Source of the DNA: the human T2T-CHM13v2.0 reference genome, Homo sapiens
DNA: 64,000 nt
NCBI RefSeq assembly: GCF_009914755.1
Contig: NC_060926.1
Reading direction: 5' to 3' (one strand)
In this document: in pieces, positions 37,487 to 52,708 of the stretch
Layout: every line of letters begins with the position of its first letter
How positions within the stretch are numbered: the first letter of the stretch is position 1
The notes under the pieces: generated by a model
Seen by the model: only the letters and a program-made list of their open reading frames with translations
What the model was told of the DNA's origin: nothing
Databases searched by the model: none
Made by a program: the position numbers and the translations under genes

Positions 37487-37789
37487 TTTTTTTTTTTTTT
37501 TTTTTTTTTGAGACGGAGTCTAGCTCTGTCGCCCAGGCTGGAGTAAGTGGCAGGATCTCAGCTCACTGGAAGCTCTGCCTCCTGGGTTCACGCCATTCTC
37601 CCGCCTCAGCCTCCCGAGTAGCTGGGACTACAGGCGCCCATCACCATGCCCGGCTAACTTTTTGTATTTTTAGTAGCGACAAGGTTTCACCGTGTTAGCC
37701 AGGATGGTGTCGATCTCCTGACCTCGTGATCCACCTGCCTCGGCCTCCCAAAGTGCTGGGATTACAGGCATGAGCCACCGCACCCAGCT
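37487..37789 (-). mobile_element. AluY without TSD
   Basis: Full dimer with Y diagnostics (GGGTTCACGCCATTCTC, CCGTGTTAGCCAGGATGG); the two flanks are unrelated. Confidence 0.94.
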
Positions 37790-39869
37790 GAGATCTGACA
37801 GTTTTATCAGAGGTTTCCACTTTTGCATCTTAATCATTTTCTCTTGCCGCTGCCATGTAAAAAGTACTTTTTGCCTCCCACCATGATTCTGAGGCCTCCC
37901 CAGCAATGTGGAACTGTAAGTCCAATTAAACCTTTTTTTTTTAATTTTTTCCCCAGTCTCAGGTATGTCTTTATCAGCAGCATGAAAACAGTCTAATACA
38001 GTAAATTGGTACCAGTAGAGTGGAGTGCTGCTGTAGCGAAAATGTGGAAGCAACTTTGGAACTGGGTAACAGGCGGAGGTTGTAGCAGTCTGGAGGGCTC
38101 AGAAGAAGACTGGAAAGTGTGGGAAAGTTTGGAACTTCCTAGAGACTTGTTGAATGGCTTTGACTAAAATGCTGATATCGATGTGGACAATAACATCCAG
38201 GCTGAGGTGGTCTCGGATGGAAATGAGGAACTTTTTGGGATTTGGAGCAAAGGTGATTCTTGTTATGTTTTACCAAAGAGACTGGAGGCATTTTTCCCCA
38301 GAGATTTGTGGAATGTTGAACTTGAGAGAGACGATTTAAGGTATCTAACGGAAGAAATTTCTAAGCAGCAAAGCATTCAAGAAGTAGCTTGGGTGCTGTT
38401 AAAGACATTCAGTTTTAAAAGAGAAACAGAGAATAAAAGATTGGAAATTTTGCAGCCTGATAATGTGATAGAAAAGAAAATCCCATTTTCTGAGAAATTT
38501 TTCAAGTCAGCTGTAGAAATTTGCATAAGTAACGAGCAGAATATTAATCACCAAGACAATGTCTCAGGGGTATGTCAGAGATCTTTGTGCCAGCACCTCC
38601 CATCACAGGCATGGAGGTATAGAAGGAAAATTTGGTTTCGTTGTCCAGGCACAGGGTCCCTGTGCTGTGTGCAGCCTAGTGTCTTGGTGCCCTGCATCCC
38701 AGCAGCTTCAGCCATGGCTGAAAGGGGCCAACATAGAGCTCGGGCCATGGCTTCAGAGGGTGCAAGCCTCAAGCCTTGGCAGCTTCCATGTGGTGTTGAG
38801 CCTGCAAATGCACAGAAGTTAAGAATTGAGGTTTGGGAATCTCCAACTAGATTTCAGAAGATGTACGAAAATGCCTGGATGCCCAGGCAGAAGTTTGCTT
38901 CAGGGGCAGGGCTCTCATGGAGAACCACTGTTAGGGCAGTGCAATAGGAAAATGTGGGGTTGGATCCCCCACACATTGTCTCTACCGGGGGAACACCTAG
39001 TGGAGCTAGGAGAAAAGGGCCACCGTCCTCCAGACCCCAAAATGGTAGAAACACTGCCAGCTTGTACCTTGTGCCTGGAAAAGCCACAGACACTCAACAT
39101 TAGTCCGTGAAAGCAGCCAGGAGGTAGGCTGTACCTTGAAAAGCAACATAGGCAGAGCTGCCTAAGACCATGGGAACCCACTTCTTGCATCAACATGACC
39201 TAGATGTGAGACCCGAAGTCAAAGATCATTTTTGAGCTTTAAGATTTGACTGCCCCACTGGATTTCAGACTTGCATGGGGCCTGTAGCCCCTTTGTTTTG
39301 GCCAATTTCTCCCATTTATAATGGCTGTATTTACCCAATACCTGTACCCCCACTGTATCTAGGAAATAACTAGCTTGCTTTTGATTTTACAGGCTCAGGC
39401 AGAAGGGACTTGCCTTGTCTGAGATGAGACCTTGGACTATAGATTTTTGGACTTTGTGGGACTGTTGGGAAGGCATGATTGATTTTGTAATGTGAAGATG
39501 AGATGCCAGGTGCAGAAGGATATGGTTTGGCTCCGTGACACTATTCAAATCTCATCTTGAATTGTACTCCCATAATTCCCAAGTGTTGTGTGAGGGACCT
39601 GGTGGGAGATAATTTGAATCAAAGGAGCGGTTTCTTCCATACTTTTCTCTTCATAGTGAATAAGTCTAAGAGATCTGATGGGTTTATCAGGAATTTCCAC
39701 TTTTGCATATTCTTCTTTTTCTCTTGCCACCACCATGTAAGAAGTGCCTTTCACTGCCCCCATGATTCTGAGGCCTCCCCAGTCATGTGGAACTGTAAGT
39801 CCAATTAAACCTCTTTTTCTTTCCAGTCTCAGGTAAGTGTTTATTAGCAGCATGAAACGAACTAATACA
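37790..39869 (+). mobile_element. THE1A-like MaLR element: truncated 5'LTR 37790-38000, internal region, 3'LTR 39518-39869
   Basis: LTRs end in CTAATACA; THE1-int with 254-aa remnant ORF at 38183-38947. Confidence 0.92.
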
Positions 39870-40079
39870 CTTGTGTAACCAAAACCCAAAGATTACCTTT
39901 CACAGTCCTTTACAGTGAGTCACAATCTTCCTCATAGTGAAATAAATTTTGTTTTATAGTCATATAAATATTGAGAAAGACATTAAATTACTATGTCATA
40001 TGATAGCTCTATGATAAACTTACACTCAATTACCGATGAGTTTTGTCCTAGCAATGTTCTAGTTGTTGTGTATCTTCCT

Positions 40080-42550
40080 CAACATTTGGTTTAGTTTTCA
40101 TCATTCTAGTAGGTTTCTAGTAATTTCTCACATTGACTTAGCTGCTATTCACTAATCAGTAGTGATATTGGGTATCTTTTCAAATCCTTGGTAACCATTC
40201 ATATATCTTATCTTGTGGAATGTCTCTTCAACATTATTTTCATACTTTGCCTATTAAAAAATTGGATTTGGAGTTGTTATTTTGTTGTTGTAGTTTTTGT
40301 TTCTGAGACCAATTCTCACGCTGTCACCCAGGCTGAAGTGCAGTGGCATGATCACCACTCACTGTAGCTTCAACTTCTACTGGCTTAGGTGATCCTTCGA
40401 CTTAAACCTCCTGAGTAGCTGGGACTACAGAACGTTCCGCCATGCCAGTCTAATTTTTGTATTGTTTGTAGAGATGGGGTTTCCCAGGCTAGTCTAAAAT
40501 TCCTGGGTTCAAGCAATACACCCATCTTGGCCTCCCAAAGTGCTAGGGTTACAGTCGTGAGCCACCACACTCAGCCAGGAGTTATTTTATGTATTTCGTT
40601 TATGAAGATTTTTGTCAGATATATGTATTATTAACATTTTCTCTAAATCTGAAGCTGGCCTATTCTTCTGATAAAAAGAGGAATCAATTAGTTTATTTTA
40701 CTTTATTTTCAGTGTTTGTGAGTTCTGTCTGAAAAAAAGTTGTTTTATTTTAATCATAGTAATTAGTGTATTCTATGTTTCCTTTATGAAGCTATACAGT
40801 TTTCACTTTAACATTTAGATTTACAATCATCCCTGTCACCTTTGTATGGTATGAAATATAGCTCAACATTGTTTATTTTTGTTCCTATAGGTTCAGTTTT
40901 TCTAGCAAAAGGTATGAATATCTATTACCTTTGCTTTTATTGGCAACTTTATAAATAATCATTTATTGTATATATGTATATCTAATTTTGCTCTATTTGT
41001 CTAATCTTGCAGAAACTTCATACTATTTTAATTATCATAGGTGTATAGTAGAACTTAAAATATGATAGTATGGAGTCTTCCAAATTTATTCTTCTTTGTC
41101 AAGATAATTGTGATAAATCCATAGATTTTATATCACTGTATAAGTCTTACTTCATTTTTATGAAATTCTACGAAAAATATATTTGGAATATTAATCCGAA
41201 TTGCACTGATTCTATAGGTCACTTTGGCGGAAACAACATTTTTATGACATTACATCTAACAACTAGAAGCATTGTGTATCTATTTATTTAGATTATAGTA
41301 ATTTTTTCTCACTAATGCTTTGTGTTTATCAGTAAGCATATTTTACACATATTTTATTAAATCTATTTCTTGTGTTTTATGTTATTTTTCTGCTATTGCC
41401 ACTGAAAGTTTTATTCAATTTCTAAGGATTTTTTAATATATGTATATATAGAATTGCACTTGCTTTTTCATTTAAACTTTTTTCATGTACCTTTGTTGAT
41501 TTCACTTCTTCGACTTAGTAGGCTTAGGGTAGATTCCTTTTTATTTTTATTTAAACAATCATGTTCAACTGATAAAATCAATTACACTTTTTTAATGCCA
41601 TTTATACTATTTATTTATTTTTATTGCCTTATTGCACTGAAAAGACCACCAGTAAAGGCTAAATAGTAATTATGACAGAAGATATGCTTGACATTTTTCT
41701 AACGTTAGGAAGAAATCATGTTGTTCCATTAAGTAGAAGATAATTGTTGATTTCTCTAGACGCTCTTTCTTAGTATGAGAAAGTTCCCTTTTGTTGCTAC
41801 TTTGCTGAGGGGTTTTTATCATGAATGGATAATAATTCTGTAAAATAATTTTTCTGCATCTATTGAGATCATATAATTTCTATCAATTACATTCTGTGAC
41901 TGTAAGGAAATACCTGGGTTGATTTTGAAATGTCAAACCAACTTTGCATTTCTGAAGTAATCACCTCTTGTTATAATGTATTTTCCTTTTTACAATATTG
42001 CAGAAATCAATTTGATAATTTTCTTAAAAATTTTGGCAACTATGTTTATATCAGTTAATAAATTGTATTTTTATAATGTCCTCAGGAAGGTACAATATTA
42101 AGATTACAGTAGGTGATTAAACATGCTAGGACATTTTTCCATCTGCCAATTTTCTAAAATAGTTGTGTACAATTATTTTTTCGTAAAATGTTTGATAATA
42201 TTCACCATTTGAGGTTTCTTTTAAAATTTATTACTTCAATTTATTTAACAGATATAGGGCTTGTGAGGTTGTCTACCTCATCTTATGTCAGTTTTGCAGA
42301 TTGGCTGTTTTTCAAAAATGTGCCCCTTTCATCTGTGCTGTCGACTGTGTTGGCCTAAAGTTGTTCATATTATTCTCTTGGTGTCTTTTAAAGTCTGTAA
42401 ATATATGATGACATTCTTCTATCAACACCAATGTTAATTTATTTGTTCTCTCTTTTTTTCTGGATAAGTCTTGTTAGAGATTTATCAATTTTGCCAATTA
42501 TTTAAATAACCAGCTTTTAACTTTTGATGGCTTTCTCAATTCTTCTTGTT
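40080..42550 (-). mobile_element. Old L1M ORF2/3' fragment
   Basis: Antisense ORF2 motifs (TTTTCTGCATCTATTGAGAT, AAACCAACTTTGCATTTCTG); boundaries approximate. Confidence 0.75.
40280..40578 (-). mobile_element. AluJ nested in L1M
   Basis: Diverged J-type dimer (GATCACCACTCACTGTAGCTTC). Confidence 0.88.
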
Positions 42551-45500
42551 AGGGCAAGAACAATGATCATATTGAGGAAATTACTGCTGCATTTTCAACT
42601 CTTTCAGATGCTTTTCATTTCTACTTGCCCTCCACTTTTGCTAATAGCTCAGCCAGCAGACTCTCCTCAACCTAGATAATTTTCAACAAGCCATATCATC
42701 TGCTTACCTGAACTGACACCATAGATTTGCTCCCAATAACTTATTGCCATTCTCCATTCCTCTACGAATGAACTGAAATTCAGCTATTCCATGCTTCCTT
42801 GAAAACAATACTCCTTGATGAGACTATTTTATCCAGATATTTTAGATTTTCATAGAAGGAAAGATCTTCCAACATTATAATCAGAAGTAATCCTCTATAG
42901 GTGATTTTTAACTTTTATAAACTATTTTTCTTAGTTTTGAATTTTCTCTGATAGGTGATTTTTAATAGATCTTGAAGAGAAACTGATTTTCTCAGAAACA
43001 AAAACAATTAGAGACTTCTGAGAGACTCACTTAATATATTTGTCACTCTACTTTAGCTTAAAGAACATCAGACTTATTTACTTTCTTCAAAAGCAGAGCA
43101 AAAACTAAAGTTGCCTTTGTTTTTTTGTTTGTTTTCTCCTCTGTGTCAGACACTGAGAAGTGAGGAAGTGGTAAGGCTTTTATCTTTCTTCATTTCTTCT
43201 TTTTAAATATATATCTTTTAATCTATAATAGTTGTGAAGCTAAACTGAGGGAAATATAATTTTATTTGCCTCTCTAACGTGACATATTGTGGAGTGATTA
43301 TATTTCTGATAAATTGTTAACCAAATAGATAAGTCTAGTGAAGTAAAATATAATTTTGTAATCCAGGCAAAATTCATAAACATCTCTGAAAATTTTATTA
43401 TATTCATATCCCTGGAGAATTGTGGCCTTATACAATATTCTGTTAAGAGTCATACATGTTTTTGTAAAAATAAATGTTGTAATGAAAAGAAAACAGACTG
43501 TATAAATGCAAGATTTAAGCTTGAAATCCATCTCTGAATTAAGTTAATCTCTGTTTTATTCTGTGTGAAAAATTATGCATATATTAATATCTATCTTCTA
43601 TGATATAAGAAATAAATGAGCTTATAAATGCAAAAGTGCTAAAAAAGCCTGGGAAACACAATATAATTGATTTTATTATTCAGTTGTTACCCCATTGTAC
43701 TGCTAGATTTGATGCAGTGGCTAAATAAAAATTTAAAAATCAAAACAAAACAAAACAGAAAACTTGCAATCTAAAGGTCTGTCACCTGAAGGTGAACCAT
43801 AAAAGAGCTGAATGTTATTTGTCTAAGACCAGCTGGCAGAAAGCCTATGTCGAGTTAGTATTTCAATTTCATTATGGGTATTTAAAGACCACACACATTC
43901 ACACACACTCACACACCTGGGCCCCATTTTGTAAATTCTATTATGCCAATTGCAGGCTTGGCACAATCACTAAGTAGAGCTGCTATCAAAAGGTCACTTT
44001 TACTCATTCTTTAAGAGCCATTAAAGAATATGCATCAATTACATATCTTGCCTTGACTATTAGAAAGGTCAAAAGTTGTAAAAAGGGATACCTTTAACTT
44101 AAACATGTGATTGTGCTTCCTGAAAATTACAGCTCTTGCATTTATTTATAAAAGATAACAATATTTTCTCAAAGGGCGAGAACTGCAAAAACCATGAAAT
44201 TTGTTTTTATAGTTTCATGTTTTTTAGCTGATATACAAATTATCTGTGGTGTTGAGGGAATAATGTTAGGCAAAGAACAAAACAGTGATTTAATTTTTAA
44301 AAACGTGTCATTTTAATGATAAAAGTGGTTTATGTTTAGTGTAAACAAGAAGAGGCCAATGTTCTAAGAGCAGACTAGAAAACAAACACACACACAGCCT
44401 ACACACATATACACACAAAAATAGCCCTCTACTTGGTATGCTAAATGAGATATAAGATTATTGCATTTACGAAAATCGCTTTTGTCCTTTTAAAACATAT
44501 TATTTGCCAGCTACTTTAACGGTTCTCAAATAATATGTCTTTGAAACTGTGTAAAATTCTATGGGCTAGGGGACAGGGTGTTTCAAAGAAAGAGAAGAAA
44601 ATAAGTAAAAATACCTTTTTTTTTTTTTTTTGGTAAACCTAGAGAGCATTAATTATCAGCCTAGCAATACCACAAACAACACAAAAGATCCAAAAACACC
44701 CTATTAGATTTTAAAAGTTGATTTTATTTTTCTTGAATTATTTTATTTGAGTTCAGTCTCAAAAATAATAAGATCAAACAGGAAATAAAATACAAGAAAA
44801 TAGATAAACTAAGGGTCAATACCTAGAAAAATTACCTTAAACATTTTACATGTCACGTTATAATTTTTAATAAAGTAAAATAAGACATGCAAAAAAATGG
44901 AATCACGTTACGAATACTGTTTTAAGAACTGTTTTTAACATATTAAGAATTGTTTTCCATGTACCTATTTCTTTCTTTATGTCATTATTTTTAGTGGCTG
45001 CATTTTATTCTGTTAGACAGCTGTATTTATTCTTTATCAATGAAAAGTGTATTTCCAGGCTTTCATAATCAAAAGCATATTTTTCTTCATATATTTTTAT
45101 GTTTTCCTGAGTATTTAGTAATAAATTACACATATTGGCATCCTTGGATCCAAAGGTAAGGGAAAGTTTAAGGATCTGAAGCCACACTAGCAATTTCCTT
45201 CATCTACTTGTACCAATTTATTTGTCCAAACACAATGTGTGAACTTTTAGTATCACATCATTTGTATCTCTTTACTTAATCAGTTCTGAATTCACAAAAA
45301 TCAGGGAATTTAAAACTAATAATTATTATTTTTTTCCAAAATTAGGTTTTCTCAGATTTCTGTACAACATTACATAGAAAGACAATTAAAGAAAACACAT
45401 AAAATTTTGAACCTCAACTCTACCAACTGTGAATTCTACATTCAGCAAACTTACGTTTAATCTGTGAAGACTAAGTCATTCTCACATTTCTGGGAATTAA

Positions 45501-47086
45501 GGAAATCTAAAATTAATGCATCCATCATTCAATTCTATGAGGTAAGTACAGTATTACATTTTATAGACAAAACATAGTATCTTGTCCAAGAATTTCATTT
45601 CAAAAACAATACTGTTAATCACTTCAAATTTTTATTTTTTGTCTTTTTAAATAATTTTTATTTTTTAAGTTTTGCAGCGTATTGTAGATGTATATATTTA
45701 TGTGGTACATTTTATAACTTTTAGTTTTCAGTGCACCCTCAACTATTATATTTTTGCCATATTGTTATCTGAAATATATAAGAGATGTAGGTAGGTTACA
45801 TCTGAAAGGGGAATTTCTGTCAGTGGAATGAATAAAAACACAGGTCTCTGTCTCCGAAGCATGGTTAGAAATGGGAGAAGTACAGAATATTTTCTTGCTC
45901 CCCACAATGATATATTAATTAGGCTTCTGCATTTTTTAAAATTTGGTGCTAAATGCCTTTCAGTGGATGGAGACTCCAAAATCTAAATTAAATTATTTGT
46001 TAGTCTTAGTTTTCACAGTCTCTTTTCATTTCCATAATTTTTGATTTTCTGTAGACATTTTACTTTGCAATTGGGCAGATTGCATTAGCTAATAGCCAGT
46101 TGCTCTTTTTTGGCTGAAATTTACTCTGGTGTTTCAAGAAACCTCTGTGTTCATTAACTAAAAAAGTAAAGAAAGCCAAATATTATTTTTCCTTTAACTG
46201 ACCTTAGATTAATTCATTCAAAGGACAAGATATGCCAGAGTCATAAAACACTCCTAAGATTCTATTGTTTTAATAACAGTAGTAGATTATTTCCCTTAAT
46301 GGGTAATTATAGTTTGACTTTCACTTGTTCATTCCATAAATTCATGAAAATCTGTGTTCCAACACAAGATGCATACATTGAATCATTTTTAAGTTGACCA
46401 AGGGAAACTTAAACTACCTTTTCATTCCTACAATAACATATGGGAAAGCTATTTTAATTTTTGTTCTACAGAGGAGGGCTAACTTTTAAAAAGCCATTTC
46501 TATTGTTGTTCAGCTGGTTAATGACAGAAGTATATTTTGCATCTAGAGCTGTATGACTAAGAAAATATTCTATTCTTACTAAAGCATATCACTGCCTCTC
46601 CTCACACTCCACCCCGGTGCCTGAACCCAGAAAATGAATATAACAGTAAGAAGAATGTGAATGAGGATTTTTACACTGAGACACATTATGAGCTTGTCAG
46701 TACATAGATTATAAATTTGATTATGTGAATAAACTCCTATGAGGTATTAGAAAAATGGAAAACTAGTTTTCATTCAATCATGAGTCTTTTATATGCAACC
46801 ACAGGTCCCAGACGATCACCACCTAAACACTAAAAACATGCATGAAAATTTTGCTGATTTTTACGACTTGAATAGAGAAATGTTTGGAAAGCTGCTAATC
46901 CTTGAGTTTTACTTATTGCCTCTACTTCTAGACATGGAAGTACAACAGTAAGTGATGTTTGGGCTCATTACTCCACTTTCTGAGCCTGGATATCTTCATG
47001 AGTACAAGAGCCAATCTTATAATATTAACTAGAAGCAACTAGAAGCTTCCCTAGAAGCAACTGGAAGATTTATATAATAGCTACAA

Positions 47087-47295
47087 AAATAGCATTTATT
47101 GTATGTTTGCTATATTCCAGGCATGGTTCTAAGAACATTATATGTATTCATTCATTTAATTTGCACATGGCCTTATGAGCTAGGTCCTATTATCATTGAT
47201 GTTTTACAGACAGAATAGAAACGCAGAATTAAGTGTTTACCAAATGCACCCCAAGCAATCCAGACTCCAAGATCTGTGCTATTAATCACTGTGTT
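47087..47295 (-). mobile_element. MIR SINE
   Basis: ATAGCATTTATTG...CCAGGCATGGTTCTAAG...TCATTTAAT...CCTTATGAGCTAGG...TTTTACAGA MIR core. Confidence 0.75.
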
Positions 47296-49299
47296 TAGCT
47301 GCTTTTCATCAACCAAAGGATGGTTTGAAAGTACTTTGTAAACTGCTATTCAGTAGGTAATTTTTACTAATTATTTCAAATATTGTGTTATTTCGTTATA
47401 TATATGACTATAATATGTATGTATCTACTGAATATTATTTAATCAAAACTGTCACTTACTGTATGTGTTAAATGCTCTGTTATTATAACTATTTCAGTAG
47501 GCTGTTAGGCATAAAAATATGTTTTATATATTTACATAGTTCAAATGAGTGATCTTGCTGGATAATACTTCTTTAATTACTTATATGTGGCAGTAATTTC
47601 ATTTTCAATGTGAAGACATCAACAGAAGATACAAAACTGAAATTGCGTGTCTTTAATCGTAAACTTTCTTGACTCGTTGAGGTAGCTTTCTTTCTTTCTT
47701 ATGCTGGGTTGTTACGAACGTTAAATTCACACAAAGTGCTTATGGCCGCTCCTCAGATAGTGCCTGCTTCCCTTCATTCCTCATATATACATGGCAGAGC
47801 CAATGAGCTGACAACAGAAGTTCAGAGTGCCTTCTCCAAGACGAAAGTATACAGCAGTAGGCATTAGTGCACCATTCTCTGTTTCTTCGCCTTCAGAGGC
47901 ATGAGTGGCCATTGTCAGCAGGACAAAACTGCAGCAGCTCAGACCACTGAACAGCTCCATGAAGGTCAGCTGCTTTCTGCATTCATGACACCTATAAAGG
48001 ATTTCATGTAAGCTAGAAATGAACTTGTTTCTGTGTGTATATGCTTGTGTGTGCATGTGTGTGTGTAATCCAAATGTAACATAAACCTATTTTATCCTGA
48101 TTAAAACAATATTTCACATAAACTCTGGACCTTTTCAATCATAAATAAATATCAGTTGTTACTGTATTTGGTTATTATTATATTTGCTAATGTTATTATC
48201 ATCATTGAACTATGACATTCTGCAATCCCATTTATTTGTCCTTTTGTATGACTAGGGTTGTCTTGGAAAAAACTGGAATTATTCATCGTTGTCAAAACGT
48301 CTAAATTGGGGTTATACAACATAGTTACTGATATTGAGTTCACCAGAAACTTTAGCCATTGCATCATGACCAAGATTTTGAAAGCTTCCTGACCCAAAAG
48401 TAATTTTAAATGTTAATTGGACAAAATATATTGGTAAAATACAGAAATTAAAATAATTACTGAAAAACAGATGCTTGAGATTTGAATCAGTAGGTCTTGC
48501 TAAGGGCTTTAAATTTTAGCATTTATTTCTTTGTTAATATAAAATTTGCTTATTTTTATCCTGTGCAAGAATAATTAAAATAGTGACTGATCTTTCAGAA
48601 ATAACATCTTTCATAAGTTTGTGCTTATCACATTTCTGACAAGCACATTACTGTTATCAATGGTTTCTCATCCGAAACTGCTGATTAAGGGACATCCATT
48701 CCTCAATTATGCCAACTGATTTTAATGATTGTTCATATGAGATCACTGAATGTGGGCACCTCTGCACTGAGGCACAAGTTGCATTGCCCCTGATTGTGTT
48801 CATTTACCTATCATTGGGATATATTTTCATGGTTATGGGAAGAGCAATTGCAAATGATATTGCCATGTGAAGAAAAACATAACCAAAAGAAATAATGTTC
48901 ACTTCTCTAACTGTGGCAGGAGTTAAGCTCAGTTTACTTAATCTTTGACTTTACTATGCTATTTCACTGATTTATTGAAGGTCATCACTACTCATGTTTG
49001 TGGGTCTGAAATTACAAAGTTTTAGAAATTTTATAATTTTCCCACATTCTCAGGGTATTCCAGCAAACTGAGCATGACTCTAAGGGAAGCTTCACAGGAC
49101 ATAAAGGAAAAAATAATAACAAAAGCATAGTACATTAATGGAAGACTTAAATTGGATTCCCTAAGATCCATCGCAGAATCTTCTTTTTTCAGAGCTCTTA
49201 ACATATTTCAACAATAACTTATATTTTTCCATTGTAACTGTATCAATGTTTTTGACATTTTTATGAAGCTGCCTTTCCCTTAAGTATACATTATGTGCC

Positions 49300-49509
49300 T
49301 ATTTTATTTTTTTTAGTTGTTGTTTTGTGTTGTTTTGTTTTGTTTTGTTTTGTTTTTTGAGACAGGGCCTTGCTCTGTCATCCAGGCTGGAGTGCAGGGG
49401 CATGATCATAACTTAATGCAGTCTCTACCTCCTGGGCTTAAATGATCCATCCTCCTACCTCAGCCTCCTAATGTGCTGAGATTACAGACATGAGCCACTG
49501 CGCCCAGCC
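49300..49509 (-). mobile_element. Alu monomer (FRAM-like or arm-fused AluJ) with (GTTTT)n tail
   Basis: Single ~150-bp arm GAGACAGGGCCTTGCTCTG...ATGAGCCACTGCGCCCAGCC. Confidence 0.85.
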
Positions 49510-49786
49510 TACGTCTGTTTTATTAACAAATTCATGTCTGACATTCAACAAAATGCCTCACACTTACCAAAATATTAAAATTTCTCACTACTGACAGTAA
49601 ATGACATGAACTGTTTCAGTCTTTGTGCAGGTCGATTTTGCAAATTTAATTAAAATTCTAAAAATATATTTATTTTCCTTAAGTGATTTAATATTTAGAA
49701 ACTTATCCAATTAAAATAACTTCCATGGATTCAAAAAGTATGTGCATAAACAGAGACTTCACAAAATGATTGTAAAAATTCCTTTT

Positions 49787-50101
49787 TTTTTTTTCCCGGT
49801 TGCTGCTCGCTGTCCCGGTCCGTGCCAGCTCCCAGTTCGCCTCGTCGCCATGCCTCGGAAAATTGAGGAAATCAAGGATTTTCTGCTCACAGTCCGATGA
49901 AAGGATGCCAAATCCGTCAAGATCAAGAAAAATAAGGACAATGTGAAGTTTAAAGTTTGACACAGCAAATACCTTTACACCCTGGTCATCACTGACAAAG
50001 AGAAGGCAGATAAACTGTAGTCCCTGCCCCCTGGTTTGGCAGTGAAGGAACTAAAATGAACCAGACACACTGATTTGTTCTGTATTAAAATACTAAAAAT
50101 C

Positions 50102-50129
<28 letters not shown>
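49787..50129 (+). pseudogene. RPL38: Processed pseudogene of ribosomal protein L38 (eL38)
   Basis: ATG at 49850 gives [66 protein letters not shown] (end 50059); intronless; pyrimidine 5' tract; ATTAAA at 50084-50089; A tail 50104-50134; TSD AAAAATTCCTTTT at 49774-49786 and 50130-50142. Confidence 0.97.
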
Positions 50130-50136
<7 letters not shown>

Positions 50137-50710
50137 CCTTTTCGTTTTCCATATGCATGTGCATCTACTTATGTAATATGTTTATTTTACATACGCGTAC
50201 TATTTACATTTTGAAATTCTCAGTGTATTTTAATCATGTATTGATTAAGTAACTACAAAGTATCTGTAGTTTTAATACTTTATAATCATTTGAAACAGTG
50301 TGGTAAATCCTTATATACTAACATGGAGAGATGCATTATGCATAGTTAAGAAAAAAATGAAAACATAAAATAAAAAGGCTTATAATAATGTGTATGCATT
50401 CACACATGAATATTCTTTCAATTCTCAAAAATATATTTAGTAGATAGTGCCTCGGAATAGTATAAAAAGGGACTCTATTTACTTTTTCAGTTTATAATTG
50501 AGCACAAATAATTAAAAAGAAGCTACTATATTAACATTATTTCCTAATCATGTATTTAACTGAGATAGGAAGGAGAAAAATATGACAACATAAAGGGGAA
50601 AAGTAAAATCATTACCTACAGTAGAAAATAATAATTATTTTTAAACTGTGTATTAACCATGCCAGGTAATCTCAGTATTCAGCTTTTTATTAGGAAAAAA
50701 AATTCAATTT

Positions 50711-52708
<1,998 letters not shown>

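Noticed and set aside
47938-47958. REST/RE1-like motif CTCAGACCACTGAACAGCTCC
   Set aside because: Too many mismatches in the conserved CAGCACC and GGACAG cores.
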